From NCBI GenBank assembly GCA_963704905.1, contig CAVPHZ010000001.1, forward strand, positions 707,438-771,437: 64,000 bases of DNA, in the 5' to 3' direction. A program made the position numbers and the translations under genes. Every line of letters begins with the position of its first letter. Positions within the stretch are counted from its first letter, which is position 1. Positions 1 to 9,731 of this stretch are shown piece after piece. The DNA is from Candidatus Chisholmbacteria bacterium (GTDB lineage Bacteria > Patescibacteriota > Microgenomatia > UBA1400 > Chisholmbacteraceae). A model generated the notes under the pieces. It saw only the letters and a list, made by a program, of their open reading frames with translations. It was not told where the DNA came from and ran no database searches.

Positions 1-1334
1 ATGTAGAAATGATCAATGTATTGATGGTGAGCTGGTGATGTCGTCGCAATTTTACGGTCAATATTTATGCCATTGATGCCCACAAAAACCGCTAGTGAAG
101 CAAACCACATGGTTGCGAACAGCCGTTTTTCGTTGAAGCGTTTACTCAGCGTGAGAAGTAGTAGGGTGAGCAGGAAGATTGCGATCCAGAAGAGGAAAAA
201 TATACCAATGATACGGACCCGAGTCAGGCCATAGATATCGATATACATGAGATTTCTTTTTAAGGCGGAGAGTAGCATGAGGAACAATTCAGAGGTCAGA
301 ATGACATTGATGAGTTTGAGACTGAAGGCTGATTTTTTTCTCAGACGATATTTGAGAACAATGATATACGCCATGAGTCCGCCGAGAAAGGTTGTGATGA
401 GGAGCTCAGTAAAGCCTTTACGAACGTACTGAGAATATGTAAGGCCTAGGGTAATGAATGACTCTTGGGAGGCGAAGAGGTAGCGAGCTTGAATGATAAG
501 AAAGGTGGTGAAGAGAGCGACAGCGATGATGGTGGGAATTACCAGGTCTTGCAGTGAGAAAAAAGTTAGACGGAAGCGGTTCTTTGGGTGAGTTTTGAGA
601 CGTAGCGAGAGGATGATAGCTGTTGAAATTACAATGACAATTGACCAGGCAATTCTACCGAATGCTTGTTCCACGATGTTTTCCATAAGTTGTTTGAAGA
701 TCGGGTCGGCAGCAGAGAGGAGTGAGCCGAATATTACAAACACTAAGAGGCTGAGGATCGTGGTTTTGAGAATACTCATTATTGATAGATGAGATGGTTG
801 TGTGTCGGAACTTCTGGGTTTAGTTACAAGTTGAATCACATGGCCAAGGTATTTGAATGGCAGGCGAATGAGATTCTTTAGTAGCCAAAGGAGTTTCCAG
901 TGAAGGTGCTCATAAATCAGGATAACAACCAAAAGAAGGTTGGCGGTGTTTGTAAGCAAGAGGTTGATGCTTTGAACAAAACCATTGGCTCTCAAGATAG
1001 GTAGGGAGCTGGCGACTAGGCTAGTCAGAAACAGAGAATAGGTAAAGGGTGAACGTTTTTCCTTTGGGAAAATGATCATTAGACCGAGAAGAAAAAAGAG
1101 ATTGAAGAGCGCAAAACCAAGGAATGGGAAATGTTGTGGAGAGGTGCCATAGATAAAGAGGTTGTATGCAATGATAATGAGGAAGAAAAGGATAGAGATG
1201 TGTTTGGGATAATCAGGAGATTGGTCAGGAATGAAGAGGTTTTTTAGGCGAGCTTGATTGGTAAAGAGTACGTAGGCAAAGAACACTACTCCAGCTAGAG
1301 CAATGATGAGAAAGATCATGAAGAAGATACCCAT
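1..1334 (-). CDS. integral membrane protein, multi-TM; the gene starts at 1334 and its 3' end lies beyond the window start
   Basis: Hand translation from ATG (revcomp of cat at 1332-1334) gives MGIFFMIFLIIALAGVVFFAYVLFTNQARLK... The frame is open down to position 3 (checked in several segments) and the product is very hydrophobic. It is absent from the ORF track because no stop lies inside the window. Confidence 0.55.
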   Translation of the reverse strand, partial: MGIFFMIFLIIALAGVVFFAYVLFTNQARLKNLFIPDQSPDYPKHISILFFLIIIAYNLFIYGTSPQHFPFLGFALFNLFFLLGLMIIFPKEKRSPFTYSLFLTSLVASSLPILRANGFVQSINLLLTNTANLLLVVILIYEHLHWKLLWLLKNLIRLPFKYLGHVIQLVTKPRSSDTQPSHLSIMSILKTTILSLLVFVIFGSLLSAADPIFKQLMENIVEQAFGRIAWSIVIVISTAIILSLRLKTHPKNRFRLTFFSLQDLVIPTIIAVALFTTFLIIQARYLFASQESFITLGLTYSQYVRKGFTELLITTFLGGLMAYIIVLKYRLRKKSAFSLKLINVILTSELFLMLLSALKRNLMYIDIYGLTRVRIIGIFFLFWIAIFLLTLLLLTLSKRFNEKRLFATMWFASLAVFVGINGINIDRKIATTSPAHHQYIDHFY

Positions 1335-1627
1335 TTTGAAGATTTATTATATCATTCTGAGGTTTGAGTGATGTGTGTTGAGCGGTTTTGTGGAAGTTTT
1401 TAGACCAAGGTTTAGTTTTTATGGAACTTCCATTTTAAATATGATTGGTATATCAGTGAATATATTTGCTTGACAAAACTTCAGAATACTATTCAATTGT
1501 ACTTGTTTTATATTTATAGTCGTTTTGCGTGATTTACTCATTGCGCAACTCCAAATCACATCTTTTAGACCCTGTAAGTTGAGAATAAGATGGGTCTTTT
1601 TAGAGAGTTCGAGAGGAGGTGAGAACG

Positions 1628-1738
1628 ATGCCTGCAAAGAAGAAAACAGTAAAAAAGAAAGTAGTTAAGAAGAGAAAAGTAGTAAAGAAGAAAGCTGCTC
1701 CTAAGAAGAAAACTGGTGCAAAGAAGAGAAAGAAGTAG
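1628..1738 (+). CDS. small lysine-rich basic protein (36 aa), histone H1-like composition
   Basis: ATG at 1628 preceded by GGAGGTGA. The product is MPAKKKTVKKKVVKKRKVVKKKAAPKKKTGAKKRKK, stop TAG at 1736. It is followed by an intrinsic terminator and resembles the N-terminal tail of the S1 protein at 12653. Confidence 0.45.
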   Translation: MPAKKKTVKKKVVKKRKVVKKKAAPKKKTGAKKRKK

Positions 1739-1760
1739 CTTCCAAATTATTTTCCTGAAG

Positions 1761-1790
1761 CGGCGCTTCTTGGTAAGCGCCGTTTTTTTT
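1761..1790 (+). terminator. rho-independent terminator
   Basis: Stem cggcgctt/aagcgccg (8 bp perfect) with loop cttggt, followed by T8. Confidence 0.6.
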
Positions 1791-1856
1791 GTTATGACTT
1801 CAGATCACTGGTTTTTTTTAAGCCATTGATATGAATTATGAAAGGGGGTGAGTGGA

Positions 1857-2156
1857 ATGGAAGGATTTATGGATTTTATTCGAAAGCAAGGGGTCGTTGG
1901 TTTGGCGGTTGGTTTTATTTTAGGAGGAGCGGTTTCGAAGGTGGTTTCATCACTCGTTGAAGACATTATAAATCCAATTCTTGGCATCTTTCTCGGTGCA
2001 GCAGGCGGTTTGGATAAATTATCGCTCAAATTTGGAACTGCTGAGATTATGCTAGGGAGTTTTCTTGCTGTGGTGATTGATTTTCTGGTGATTGCATTGG
2101 TGGTCTACTATGGAGTTCAAAGCCTGGGTCTCGAAAAGCTTGATAAAAAGAAATAA
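1857..2156 (+). CDS. mscL: large-conductance mechanosensitive channel MscL
   Basis: MEGFMDFIRKQGVVGLAVGFILGGAVSKVVSSLVEDIINPILG... matches the MscL N-terminal helix/TM1 pattern, about 100 aa, with a K-rich C-terminus. RBS AAAGGGGGTGA lies upstream; the track ORF begins at a GTG at 1848. Confidence 0.85.
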   Translation: MEGFMDFIRKQGVVGLAVGFILGGAVSKVVSSLVEDIINPILGIFLGAAGGLDKLSLKFGTAEIMLGSFLAVVIDFLVIALVVYYGVQSLGLEKLDKKK

Positions 2157-2268
2157 TTTTACCTGAGGAAAATAACACTTGCTTAAATCCCGTTTCCGGC
2201 GGGATTTCTCTTGATCGCTTTTCTGAGTTGTGATATACATCGTGAACGTTTTAGAAATTAGATGCCTT

Positions 2269-2784
2269 ATGAAAGTTGAAACACTTGCTGATCGAGAGAA
2301 ACAGTATTGTTTAGCGGTTGATACACTTCTAGATAGGGATCAGGTGTTTTTGGTCGGCGGTCGTGATTTTGTTTGGAGTAATGAAAATACCTATGGTGCG
2401 TTATGTATTGTGCTTCTCCACTTTGGGCATGGTCGTAGAGAGATTGAGTTACCAGAGAGGTACGCACCGCTGACTACTGCTAGAAAGCATTCGTATTCTG
2501 AGGTTGGAATACAGTCGGTGCGACGAGCTGCACTTGAATATCTTGTTTGTCGAGAACATCTTCCCGGAAAAGTCGTTGAAGAGAGCGGTGGTACTTTTGA
2601 GGCAGTAACTAAAATATTACAGATTTTTTCAAGAGAGTATGACATGGACCTGTCTGATCAAGTGGGGGTTATTTTTACGAATCCAAGAAAAAAAGGTAAG
2701 GAAGTCGAACCTGAAGAAGTCCAGCTTATCTTCAGGGATGTTTTTGCGACACTTTATCCCGAATTACCGCAAAGTAAGGAGTAA
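2269..2784 (+). CDS. hypothetical protein
   Basis: Long ORF (the track gives 2230..2784 from a GTG); the first in-frame ATG is at 2269. No recognisable motif. Confidence 0.45.
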   Translation: MKVETLADREKQYCLAVDTLLDRDQVFLVGGRDFVWSNENTYGALCIVLLHFGHGRREIELPERYAPLTTARKHSYSEVGIQSVRRAALEYLVCREHLPGKVVEESGGTFEAVTKILQIFSREYDMDLSDQVGVIFTNPRKKGKEVEPEEVQLIFRDVFATLYPELPQSKE

Positions 2785-2842
2785 AGTTTCTATTCTCGGT
2801 GTCAACTTTATTGGGTTTGCATGAACGCGGTATACTGAATCT

Positions 2843-3187
2843 ATGCGACTGGTTTTTCGTCTGTTTGTAAATGCGTTTGCGGTCATGGTGGCAACCTATT
2901 TGTTGCCTGGTGTACATGTGGAGGGATACTTTGCTGCGTTTGTTGTGGTAATCGTGCTTGGGGTTCTTAACTCTTTTGTAAAACCAGTGCTCCATTTTTT
3001 TGCGTTGCCGATAACGATTGTCACGCTGGGTTTGTTTTCCCTGGTGATTAATGCTTTTGTGGTGATGTTGGCCGATTTCTTTGTGCGCGGGTTTGCTGTA
3101 GAAGGCTTCTGGTGGGCGTTAGGTTTTAGCTTACTACTTTCGTTGATATCTTCATTTTTGAACTCACTTTCCAATAAGGCTGACTAA
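2843..3187 (+). CDS. phage holin family protein (4-TMS, DUF360/YvlD-like)
   Basis: 114 aa with 4 TM segments and the ...ALPITIVTLGLFSLVINAFVV... signature typical of the superfamily IV holin / YvlD family. Confidence 0.8.
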   Translation: MRLVFRLFVNAFAVMVATYLLPGVHVEGYFAAFVVVIVLGVLNSFVKPVLHFFALPITIVTLGLFSLVINAFVVMLADFFVRGFAVEGFWWALGFSLLLSLISSFLNSLSNKAD

Positions 3188-3205
3188 GTTAATCTAACCT
3201 ATACT

Positions 3206-3685
3206 TCATTTTCGTGATTCTCTTGCCTCTGATGATGTGAGCATCCATAACTGTGGAGTGACGATAATGTATGGACTTCTTCCACTTACAATTCTGACAT
3301 ATTCACTCATATCCCACAGTGATGTAATAGCATCTGGAAATATTTCCTGTTGAAGTCGATCATCCAGGTGCGCTGGAGGCGCTTGGTCAATAAATTGCTG
3401 AACTCCACGCTCAACCATGAGAACAAAACGGAATGGTTTTACCAGTGCAAGTGGACCCTGTATGAGCGGTTTCTCGGATGGGTGAGGCCGAGAATTCATT
3501 CCCCAGTAGTGTTTTGTGGCTGTCATTGTCAATATATCACTGGCTAGAATATCAGGATGCCGAGTGAGTGCTTCTCTAAATGTACTTCGGTGTTGACGAG
3601 CAAATTTTTCAAGGTTATCTAAATACGGTTTCCATTCATGGCTGGGATAGTGAAGTGCGGTTAAGTTTTCTGCGGTGGTTACCAT
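3206..3685 (-). CDS. hypothetical protein
   Basis: 159-aa ORF whose start overlaps the stop of the upstream glycosyltransferase gene by 1 nt (translational coupling). No confident family assignment. Confidence 0.5.
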   Translation of the reverse strand: MVTTAENLTALHYPSHEWKPYLDNLEKFARQHRSTFREALTRHPDILASDILTMTATKHYWGMNSRPHPSEKPLIQGPLALVKPFRFVLMVERGVQQFIDQAPPAHLDDRLQQEIFPDAITSLWDMSEYVRIVSGRSPYIIVTPQLWMLTSSEARESRK

Positions 3686-5043
3686 TAGTTTTTACCTATC
3701 TGGGATATGCTGTTGTGTAGTCTTTTCCAATCTATCTTGGTTATGGAAAGTAGTATAGCTGATATTGTGTAGGCTTCAATCATGATGACAATGGTGAGCG
3801 CTGGGAGATAGTAGCGAGGCCAGTCAGTATAGAGATACGCTCGAAGGCCAATCATGGTAGTTAGCATCCACATGAGAAGGAGTGTTTCCATTGGAACCCT
3901 ATATTGGTGTTTTTTCTCAAGACTTTTCTTGAGCAGTAGTAGTGAACCAATACCAAAAAGCATTGCGTTGATTGGTAAGGTTCCGAACCTTAATAATGAG
4001 AATTCTCCTTTTTCGAAGAAGAGATTTTGGTAGATGAAGTCGTTTACCAGCAATTGACTCTGGATTGGTCTCTCGGTGCTGGGAGATGCTCGTGATTGCT
4101 CATAGGTAAAGCGATGCGTGAACATCTCAGCCATACGTTTTGGGGTATTTGTATAGAGATAGGGATGCAGCGAGATGAATATGATGAGTGCTGAGATGAG
4201 TGAGATGACTCCTGATACGATTAGCTTTGTGAGCAGTGTTTTCTGCCATTTGTTTTTTGAAAGAATGAAGATATAGGTGAGTAATGCAAAAGGGATAATA
4301 AGAATGCCAGTGGTTTTGGTGCTTACAGCGAACCCGAGATTGATACCGATTAGCAGGCTTACTAAGAGGAACTGTTTACTGGCCTTTTTCGAAATGAGCT
4401 CTATTTGTTTATTTATGAAGATGAAATTCAGCAGAAAGAACAACAATTGCATCGCGTCAGTCATAGCTCGGCGTGAGATGGTGAGCATCAGACCATTAGT
4501 TGCTACCAGAAATGTGGTTGTGAGACTATAGAAACTGCCTAGAAGCTTTTTGGTGATGATGGCAATGTATATGAGCGCCAAAAGAGCGAAGACAGTGGAT
4601 GTTTTTCGTCCGAGATAGATAAGTCGGAACACACGATGGCTTTCACCACTTTCTAACCAAGTAAGTGCATTCATGATCTCTTGGTCTGTTGAGTTCAGTC
4701 GGAAGATTGGCATTAAGTTAAAAAGCTTGATCGTTTGAAAGTGGGTCTGGATGTTGGGGATACCTGCAATGTGCAGTGCAGCGCCATAGATGTAGGGTCC
4801 AAGCTTTGGTTGAAGCGGTTCCGCGAGGAAACCATCTGACTTATACCACCTTTGATCTGGGATGTTTCGTTCTACAAAGAATAAGTCGAAATAATAACTT
4901 TTTCCAATAAATAGCCACTCGTCAATGTAGAGTGGGATTTGGTCTAGGCTTGAGAAGTACGCGACTGATATGGCTATGAGCAAGGAGACAAGAAGCGTGT
5001 TGGTGATGAAATGAGCTCTGAATTGTTTGAGAATGGAATTCAT
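3685..5043 (-). CDS. GT-C fold membrane glycosyltransferase (GT39/PMT/ArnT-like)
   Basis: 452 aa, more than 10 TM segments. First extracytoplasmic loop carries a DE motif (YIDEWLF) followed by YYFDLFF...RWY...PKLGPYIYG, paralogous to 5045..6448 and 21609..22943. Confidence 0.7.
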   Translation of the reverse strand: MNSILKQFRAHFITNTLLVSLLIAISVAYFSSLDQIPLYIDEWLFIGKSYYFDLFFVERNIPDQRWYKSDGFLAEPLQPKLGPYIYGAALHIAGIPNIQTHFQTIKLFNLMPIFRLNSTDQEIMNALTWLESGESHRVFRLIYLGRKTSTVFALLALIYIAIITKKLLGSFYSLTTTFLVATNGLMLTISRRAMTDAMQLLFFLLNFIFINKQIELISKKASKQFLLVSLLIGINLGFAVSTKTTGILIIPFALLTYIFILSKNKWQKTLLTKLIVSGVISLISALIIFISLHPYLYTNTPKRMAEMFTHRFTYEQSRASPSTERPIQSQLLVNDFIYQNLFFEKGEFSLLRFGTLPINAMLFGIGSLLLLKKSLEKKHQYRVPMETLLLMWMLTTMIGLRAYLYTDWPRYYLPALTIVIMIEAYTISAILLSITKIDWKRLHNSISQIGKN

Positions 5044-5044
5044 C

Positions 5045-6448
5045 TCAACTGCCTATTGCTGATTTTCTTGATTTGCGACTTGATCGTTTTTGAAGCATCT
5101 TGTCTACTAGCGCTGTTGAAAATTCTGCAATTGCATAGGCCTGCGTAATGGCAATCACTGAGACCATGGGGAGATAGTATCTTGGCCAATTGTTTTTTAG
5201 ATAGAATACTAAACTCAGAAATACGACGATCGTCCAGAGAAGAAGCAGAGCTTCACCAGCGATTTGTTTGCTTTTCTGATAGCGTACAAGCGTGGATTCG
5301 AAAAGATACCAGAGACCGGAGATAAATAACACAAGATCGACAGGAAGTGGTCCCAGGCGGAAATTCACAAATGGACCATGGGTTGGGGAAAGTGTTTGGC
5401 GGATAATGAGTTTGATAGCCTCGCTTCTCGTGTAGATCGCATAGGAAGGATTATCCTGCCAATATTGTTTTGCACTATCCAAGCGATTGGTAAACATCGA
5501 GATAAAATTGCCAGCTGGGTTGTGATAGAGATATGGATGAAGGATGACAAACAGGCTGAAAAAAACAATAAGAACAATGGCGAAACTTTGTATCAATGGA
5601 TTGAATGATTGCTTTTGCAGATGAAGTACTTTGGACAGGCCAGCAAAAAAAGAAGCTAGGAATATCAACAGAACTATTGCGCTAATCTTCACACCAACTC
5701 CAAAGGCGATACTCAAGCCGAGCAACAGACTTTGAGGTACGAGTTTCAAGGTTTTGCTGGTATTGAATTTCTTGAGGATTTGGAGCGAAAGAAAGAGCGT
5801 TGCGTACATGGCAAATAACTGCATTGAATCCGTCATGGCTCTTCTGCCAAAGCTATACATGAGGGGATTGAGGCTCAGGATAAGGGTTGCCAGGAAAGCA
5901 AAGAGGTATCCTTTGACTTGTTTGCAGATGAAAAAAACTATAAGGAAAGTCGCCAGGGAAAAGGTTACTGCAGTTCTCCGAGTCATCCAAATCAACTCCA
6001 GTTTGGGGATGAGCGATTCTTTAAGATTTTCCAATGGCTGGTTCCAGAGAAGAATCCACCAAGCACGCCCATCTCCTTCATCATTAAACCTTGTTTCATT
6101 AAATTTCTGGTCGATATTATCAATGCCATTCAGGTGGAGGGTGAGTCCGTAAAGGTAGGGACCAATTTTTGGCTGGTCTGGATTATCAATATTGCCGTCA
6201 TACCAACGAGGATCTTGAACATCCCTATTTATAAAAAAAAGATCGAAAAAGTAACTTTTTCTGGTGAACATATACTCGTCAGCGTGGAAAGGATGGGTAG
6301 TCAGATTCATGAAGTACATATGCGTGATGAGGAGGAAAGCGATGCCTATTACGCCTGGTTTGATGAACCGCTTGGAGAAGAATCGATTCAAGGACGATTT
6401 TAGGAATGCATTTCGTTGGAGCTGACTGGTTTTTTTTATTACTCCCAT
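5045..6448 (-). CDS. GT-C fold membrane glycosyltransferase (GT39/PMT/ArnT-like), tandem paralog
   Basis: 467 aa with HADEYMF...YFFDLFFINRD...RWYDG...PKIGPYLYG. Tandem with 3685..5043, and its start overlaps the end of the PRTase gene by 10 nt. An A8 tract sits in codons 4-7 (T8 on + strand 6430-6437). Confidence 0.7.
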   Translation of the reverse strand: MGVIKKTSQLQRNAFLKSSLNRFFSKRFIKPGVIGIAFLLITHMYFMNLTTHPFHADEYMFTRKSYFFDLFFINRDVQDPRWYDGNIDNPDQPKIGPYLYGLTLHLNGIDNIDQKFNETRFNDEGDGRAWWILLWNQPLENLKESLIPKLELIWMTRRTAVTFSLATFLIVFFICKQVKGYLFAFLATLILSLNPLMYSFGRRAMTDSMQLFAMYATLFLSLQILKKFNTSKTLKLVPQSLLLGLSIAFGVGVKISAIVLLIFLASFFAGLSKVLHLQKQSFNPLIQSFAIVLIVFFSLFVILHPYLYHNPAGNFISMFTNRLDSAKQYWQDNPSYAIYTRSEAIKLIIRQTLSPTHGPFVNFRLGPLPVDLVLFISGLWYLFESTLVRYQKSKQIAGEALLLLWTIVVFLSLVFYLKNNWPRYYLPMVSVIAITQAYAIAEFSTALVDKMLQKRSSRKSRKSAIGS

Positions 6449-6903
6449 GGGTAGACTATCCAGATGTGGTTGTCAACTTTTCTTGCATACAGATCGGGTT
6501 CAATTTTTGATCTGGGCTTGTAGTGGAGGACAGCGGTGGTGATTGAGGCCGGCAGTTTCTCTTGTACTATTTCGATTGCTTTTGAGATTGTTTGACCACT
6601 ATCAGCAACATCATCGACGATCAAGGCATGTTTGGATTTTATTTGGTAGGAGTTCAGCTGCGAGATTATTTTGACATCTTTTGCCTGGTAGCCGGCTTTG
6701 CCTTCCTCGATTATTTCTTCCAGCTGGAGGGTGATGATGTGAGGGTTGTTTAGGTATTTATTGGCGAGGATGACTGCGGGAGGGAGACCGCCTTTGGTGA
6801 TGGCGACGATGAGATCAATGTTTTTGTTTTTGAGCTGTTTTCCGAGTGTTTGGCAGTCGTGTTCTATATCATTCCAAGTGAGATGTTGTTTGGTTGAAGT
6901 CAT
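6439..6903 (-). CDS. purine (xanthine-guanine type) phosphoribosyltransferase
   Basis: 154 aa with PRPP-binding motif ALIVDDVADSGQT and a ...IWIVYPWE C-terminus resembling Gpt (about 152 aa). Confidence 0.75.
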   Translation of the reverse strand: MTSTKQHLTWNDIEHDCQTLGKQLKNKNIDLIVAITKGGLPPAVILANKYLNNPHIITLQLEEIIEEGKAGYQAKDVKIISQLNSYQIKSKHALIVDDVADSGQTISKAIEIVQEKLPASITTAVLHYKPRSKIEPDLYARKVDNHIWIVYPWE

Positions 6904-7037
6904 GAGGATATTGTAACAAGTTTGACAATGTTAATTATTGTTTAAAACTCTTGAGCATATCGCTGTTGCTGAGAGACTGGTGTCTTTCTCTGTAGTACTA
7001 TTGTGTTGAATAGAGTTCACGATCCCTTCGTTTTCAC

Positions 7038-8449
7038 TCAGGGCAAGCGTGAAGTTCGATCTAGGCTTCGTGGAGTGACGACGTAGTTGATGTATTGCTG
7101 CTTATCTTGAGTAGATGGGTTGAGAGCTTGAAATGTGTTTTCTAGCCGAAGAGTTTGAGTTATTTGATCCCAGCCGGAGAAGTGGCTTTGTTCAAGCGCT
7201 TCGATTGCATCAAGGTAATTTCTTCTACTCGCCCAGAATGAGAGCACCGGTCTTACATTTCCCATGGCGAAGCGGTTGAGATCGATCTGCATTCGCTGCG
7301 GAGTTCCTAGGAGCAGTGCAATACTGTCTGCAAAGCGGCTGGTGAGAACCGGTGCTACTTTGGCTGCCGACAGCGTCGATTACCAGACCAGGTCCATTTA
7401 CCATCATGAAATCATTTCCAAAGTGAATGAGGTCGCCTCCGAAGTAAGCGGTGAGTCTTTTTAGTGAATCTGGATCCTCAAGATTGAAGACTGACACAGC
7501 CAAGATCCTCGGCAGCTTTTTCTTGCACGTGGTATTTGGCAATGACGGCTACGTTGTGCATTTCCCAGCCAAGCTGTGAGAGCTCATCAGCAGTGTTGAG
7601 CCCCATGTTTCCGAAACCAATGATCACTGCTGGTGTGTTTGGTTGTATCAGGTGGTTGGGACCAATGACTTTTTCCAGTCCTTGCTTCACACAGGCGCGG
7701 TTGTCGATGCTGGCTGCTTTGGCGAGTGGGAGTTGGTGGGGTATCAGCTGAAACTCAGGATTTACGGCTATGAATTCAGCAAACCCACCACCGAGTTCTG
7801 AGATTGTTCTCCCTTGTTCGTCTACCGCTATCGCACCGAAACCTAGGGCAAAGCCGCGAATTTGTCCTGAATCTGCTCTAGATTGCCAAAAGCGCTGGCA
7901 GTGGTTTTGGTTGCCTGCTTGACACTGAGTACAGAGAGGTTGATTTACCGCTTTATCTGAGAAAAGCGGGTAGACCGCGTGGCCAGGAACAAGGATCTCG
8001 TGGCCAAGCGTCCAGGAGTGGAGAGCTTTCCCTGGGTGAGATAGTGCAGGTTGCGAGTATTTTGCAAGAGAACGTACTAATGTGTCCTGCAACTTGAGCA
8101 ATGTACTTTGGTTTGAAGTATCAGGAGCGAAGGCCAGGTTTGACAGCGCAAGGTCAAGATTCACGAGCGCTTTGTCAGTACCACAGACTCGGGCGGCTTC
8201 AATTGGCAGGACTTCCATCCCAAGAGCTTCAAGAGTCTTTGCATCAGGTTTTGGGGCATCGCCGTCGTATTTGGCCAGTGGAAGCCGTTTTGCCAGTGTT
8301 TGAGAAAACGCTAGGATTGTATCTACCTGCAGGAGACGGGAGTCAAGCGGGATCGATTCTATTCCAGGAATTGGCGTGAAGCGGACGGCGCGTTGAGTGG
8401 TTATTGGTCTTTCCGGGTTGTTAAGGTTGAGAACTTCTTGATGTCTCAT
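7038..8449 (-). pseudogene. Zn-dependent alcohol/threonine dehydrogenase family gene interrupted by two frameshifts
   Basis: Three consecutive overlapping ORFs (7478..8449, 7225..7542, 7038..7292) together encode CGTD, GHE, C-x2-C-x7-C structural-Zn motif, Rossmann VIIGFGNMG, and GGDLIHFGNDFMM...GLVIDAVG. GC is higher than in neighbouring genes. Confidence 0.55.
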
Positions 8450-8553
8450 TTAATTGTCCGTATTGTAGCAGAGCGTTTCTTGCTTCATATTAAATCTCTT
8501 TTTTTTGTCGAAAAAGCGGGAGCTAGTTACATATTAGCACTCTCTGCAACTGA

Positions 8554-8582
8554 TTGACATAATAGACATTCCATGGTATTAT
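8554..8582 (+). promoter_or_regulatory. near-consensus sigma70-type promoter (TTGACA-17-TATTAT)
   Basis: ttgaca at 8554-8559, 17-nt spacer, tattat at 8577-8582. Followed by an imperfect palindrome acattgttag...ctaacattgt (operator-like). Confidence 0.45.
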
Positions 8583-8599
8583 ATAGGACATTGTTAGGC

Positions 8600-9110
8600 T
8601 AATTGTCTAACATTGTAAAAGACCCTGTGAGCGTAAGCGAGCGGGGATTTTAAAAGGATTTAGAAGGCGAGACACGGAAGAATAGGAAAGGCCCTTCAAT
8701 TTGCCATTTAGGGCAGATTTCAGGGTAAAGGCAGCCGCAGGTCGGAGGCCAAACAAGCTTTGGAAAGGCGGTTTGGGCGGACTCTTTTTTTGTGGGTTTA
8801 ATCCTGAGTAGATTACCCATTCCCCAGATCATAATTTCCAAACAACCGTTAGCAACTTGATAGCAGGAATCTGGCTAGGAACATACGCCTTTCCACCCCC
8901 GAGAGGGGGGATCGTTTCTAGCCAGGTTCTTGCTATTAACCCTGTAAGCACTCCGTGTGTAAAGGGCAAGGCAAGAATACACCTCGAGGTGTTGACTAAG
9001 ACACTTGAGGAGTACCTGGGAGTAAGCAACCAGAGGGCAATCCGCGCTTACCTGGTTGGGACTTTCAGGACTAGCACTTTAAAAATCTGCGGAAAGTCTA
9101 TTAAAAAATA
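8600..9110 (+). ncRNA. candidate structured ncRNA; motifs reminiscent of bacterial RNase P RNA (type A)
   Basis: About 1.3 kb without a credible ORF, downstream of a strong promoter. Contains AGGAAAGGCCC (cf. P4 AGGAAAGUCCGG), UUAGGGCAG, GUGUAAAGGGCAAGGCAAGAAUACACC (cf. GUGAAAGGGUGCGGUAAGAGCGCACC), CCAGAGGGC...GCGCUUACC (cf. ACAGAANCCGGCUUA), and a CCCCCGAGAGGGGGG hairpin. Not verified by a covariance model. Confidence 0.35.
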
Positions 9111-9731
9111 ATCCTTTTCTCCTGGCTTCCGTCATGATTAATGATGTGATTCAGGGCAAACAACCTGGTGGATTTTTTGATACGTTGGTGATTTTCACTT
9201 GAGGGACCTAGAAGCTTGAATGCTTGGTTTTCATGAAAAATCAGTAAAACCTTCATGAAAATGTTATAGGTCAATGATTGGGTGGTGCTGTGGATATTTG
9301 GTAAGAGTGCTGATAGCCTGGAGTATTTTGGCTATATCAAGTGTCCAGAGTACCACTCAATCGGAAGGTGGAGTAACACAAAGAAAATGATTCATTTAGC
9401 CAGGTGAAGCCTGGGAAAGGAGAATAGTCGTGGAAAGTGATGGGACAAGTCTGAGGTGTTGCCAGTTCGGATGTTTTTTTCCCATGGCGAGTGGTCAGCC
9501 CTCTGGGCTTCACTTTCCTGGTCAATGGGGATGACCGTGCATTTATTGTTTGGGCTATTGTTTCAGCTAATGAGTCTTCTCAGTTCGTATCTGAGTTGAG
9601 AGGACAGAAGGGTGACGTTTGGCATTTGGTTCTTCTGGCGTTGGGGACGATTGTCAATCTGGTAATTACCATCATTGGGATTGTAGAGTTCGTGTCGATT
9701 TGGATCTAGTTCAACTGCTGATTCCGTTAGA

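Noticed and set aside
8600-9110. tmRNA as identity of the ORF-free structured region
   Set aside because: No tRNA-like T-arm (GGTTCGANTCC) or acceptor pairing, and no short tag ORF ending in ..AA-stop could be found. RNase P-like motifs fit better.
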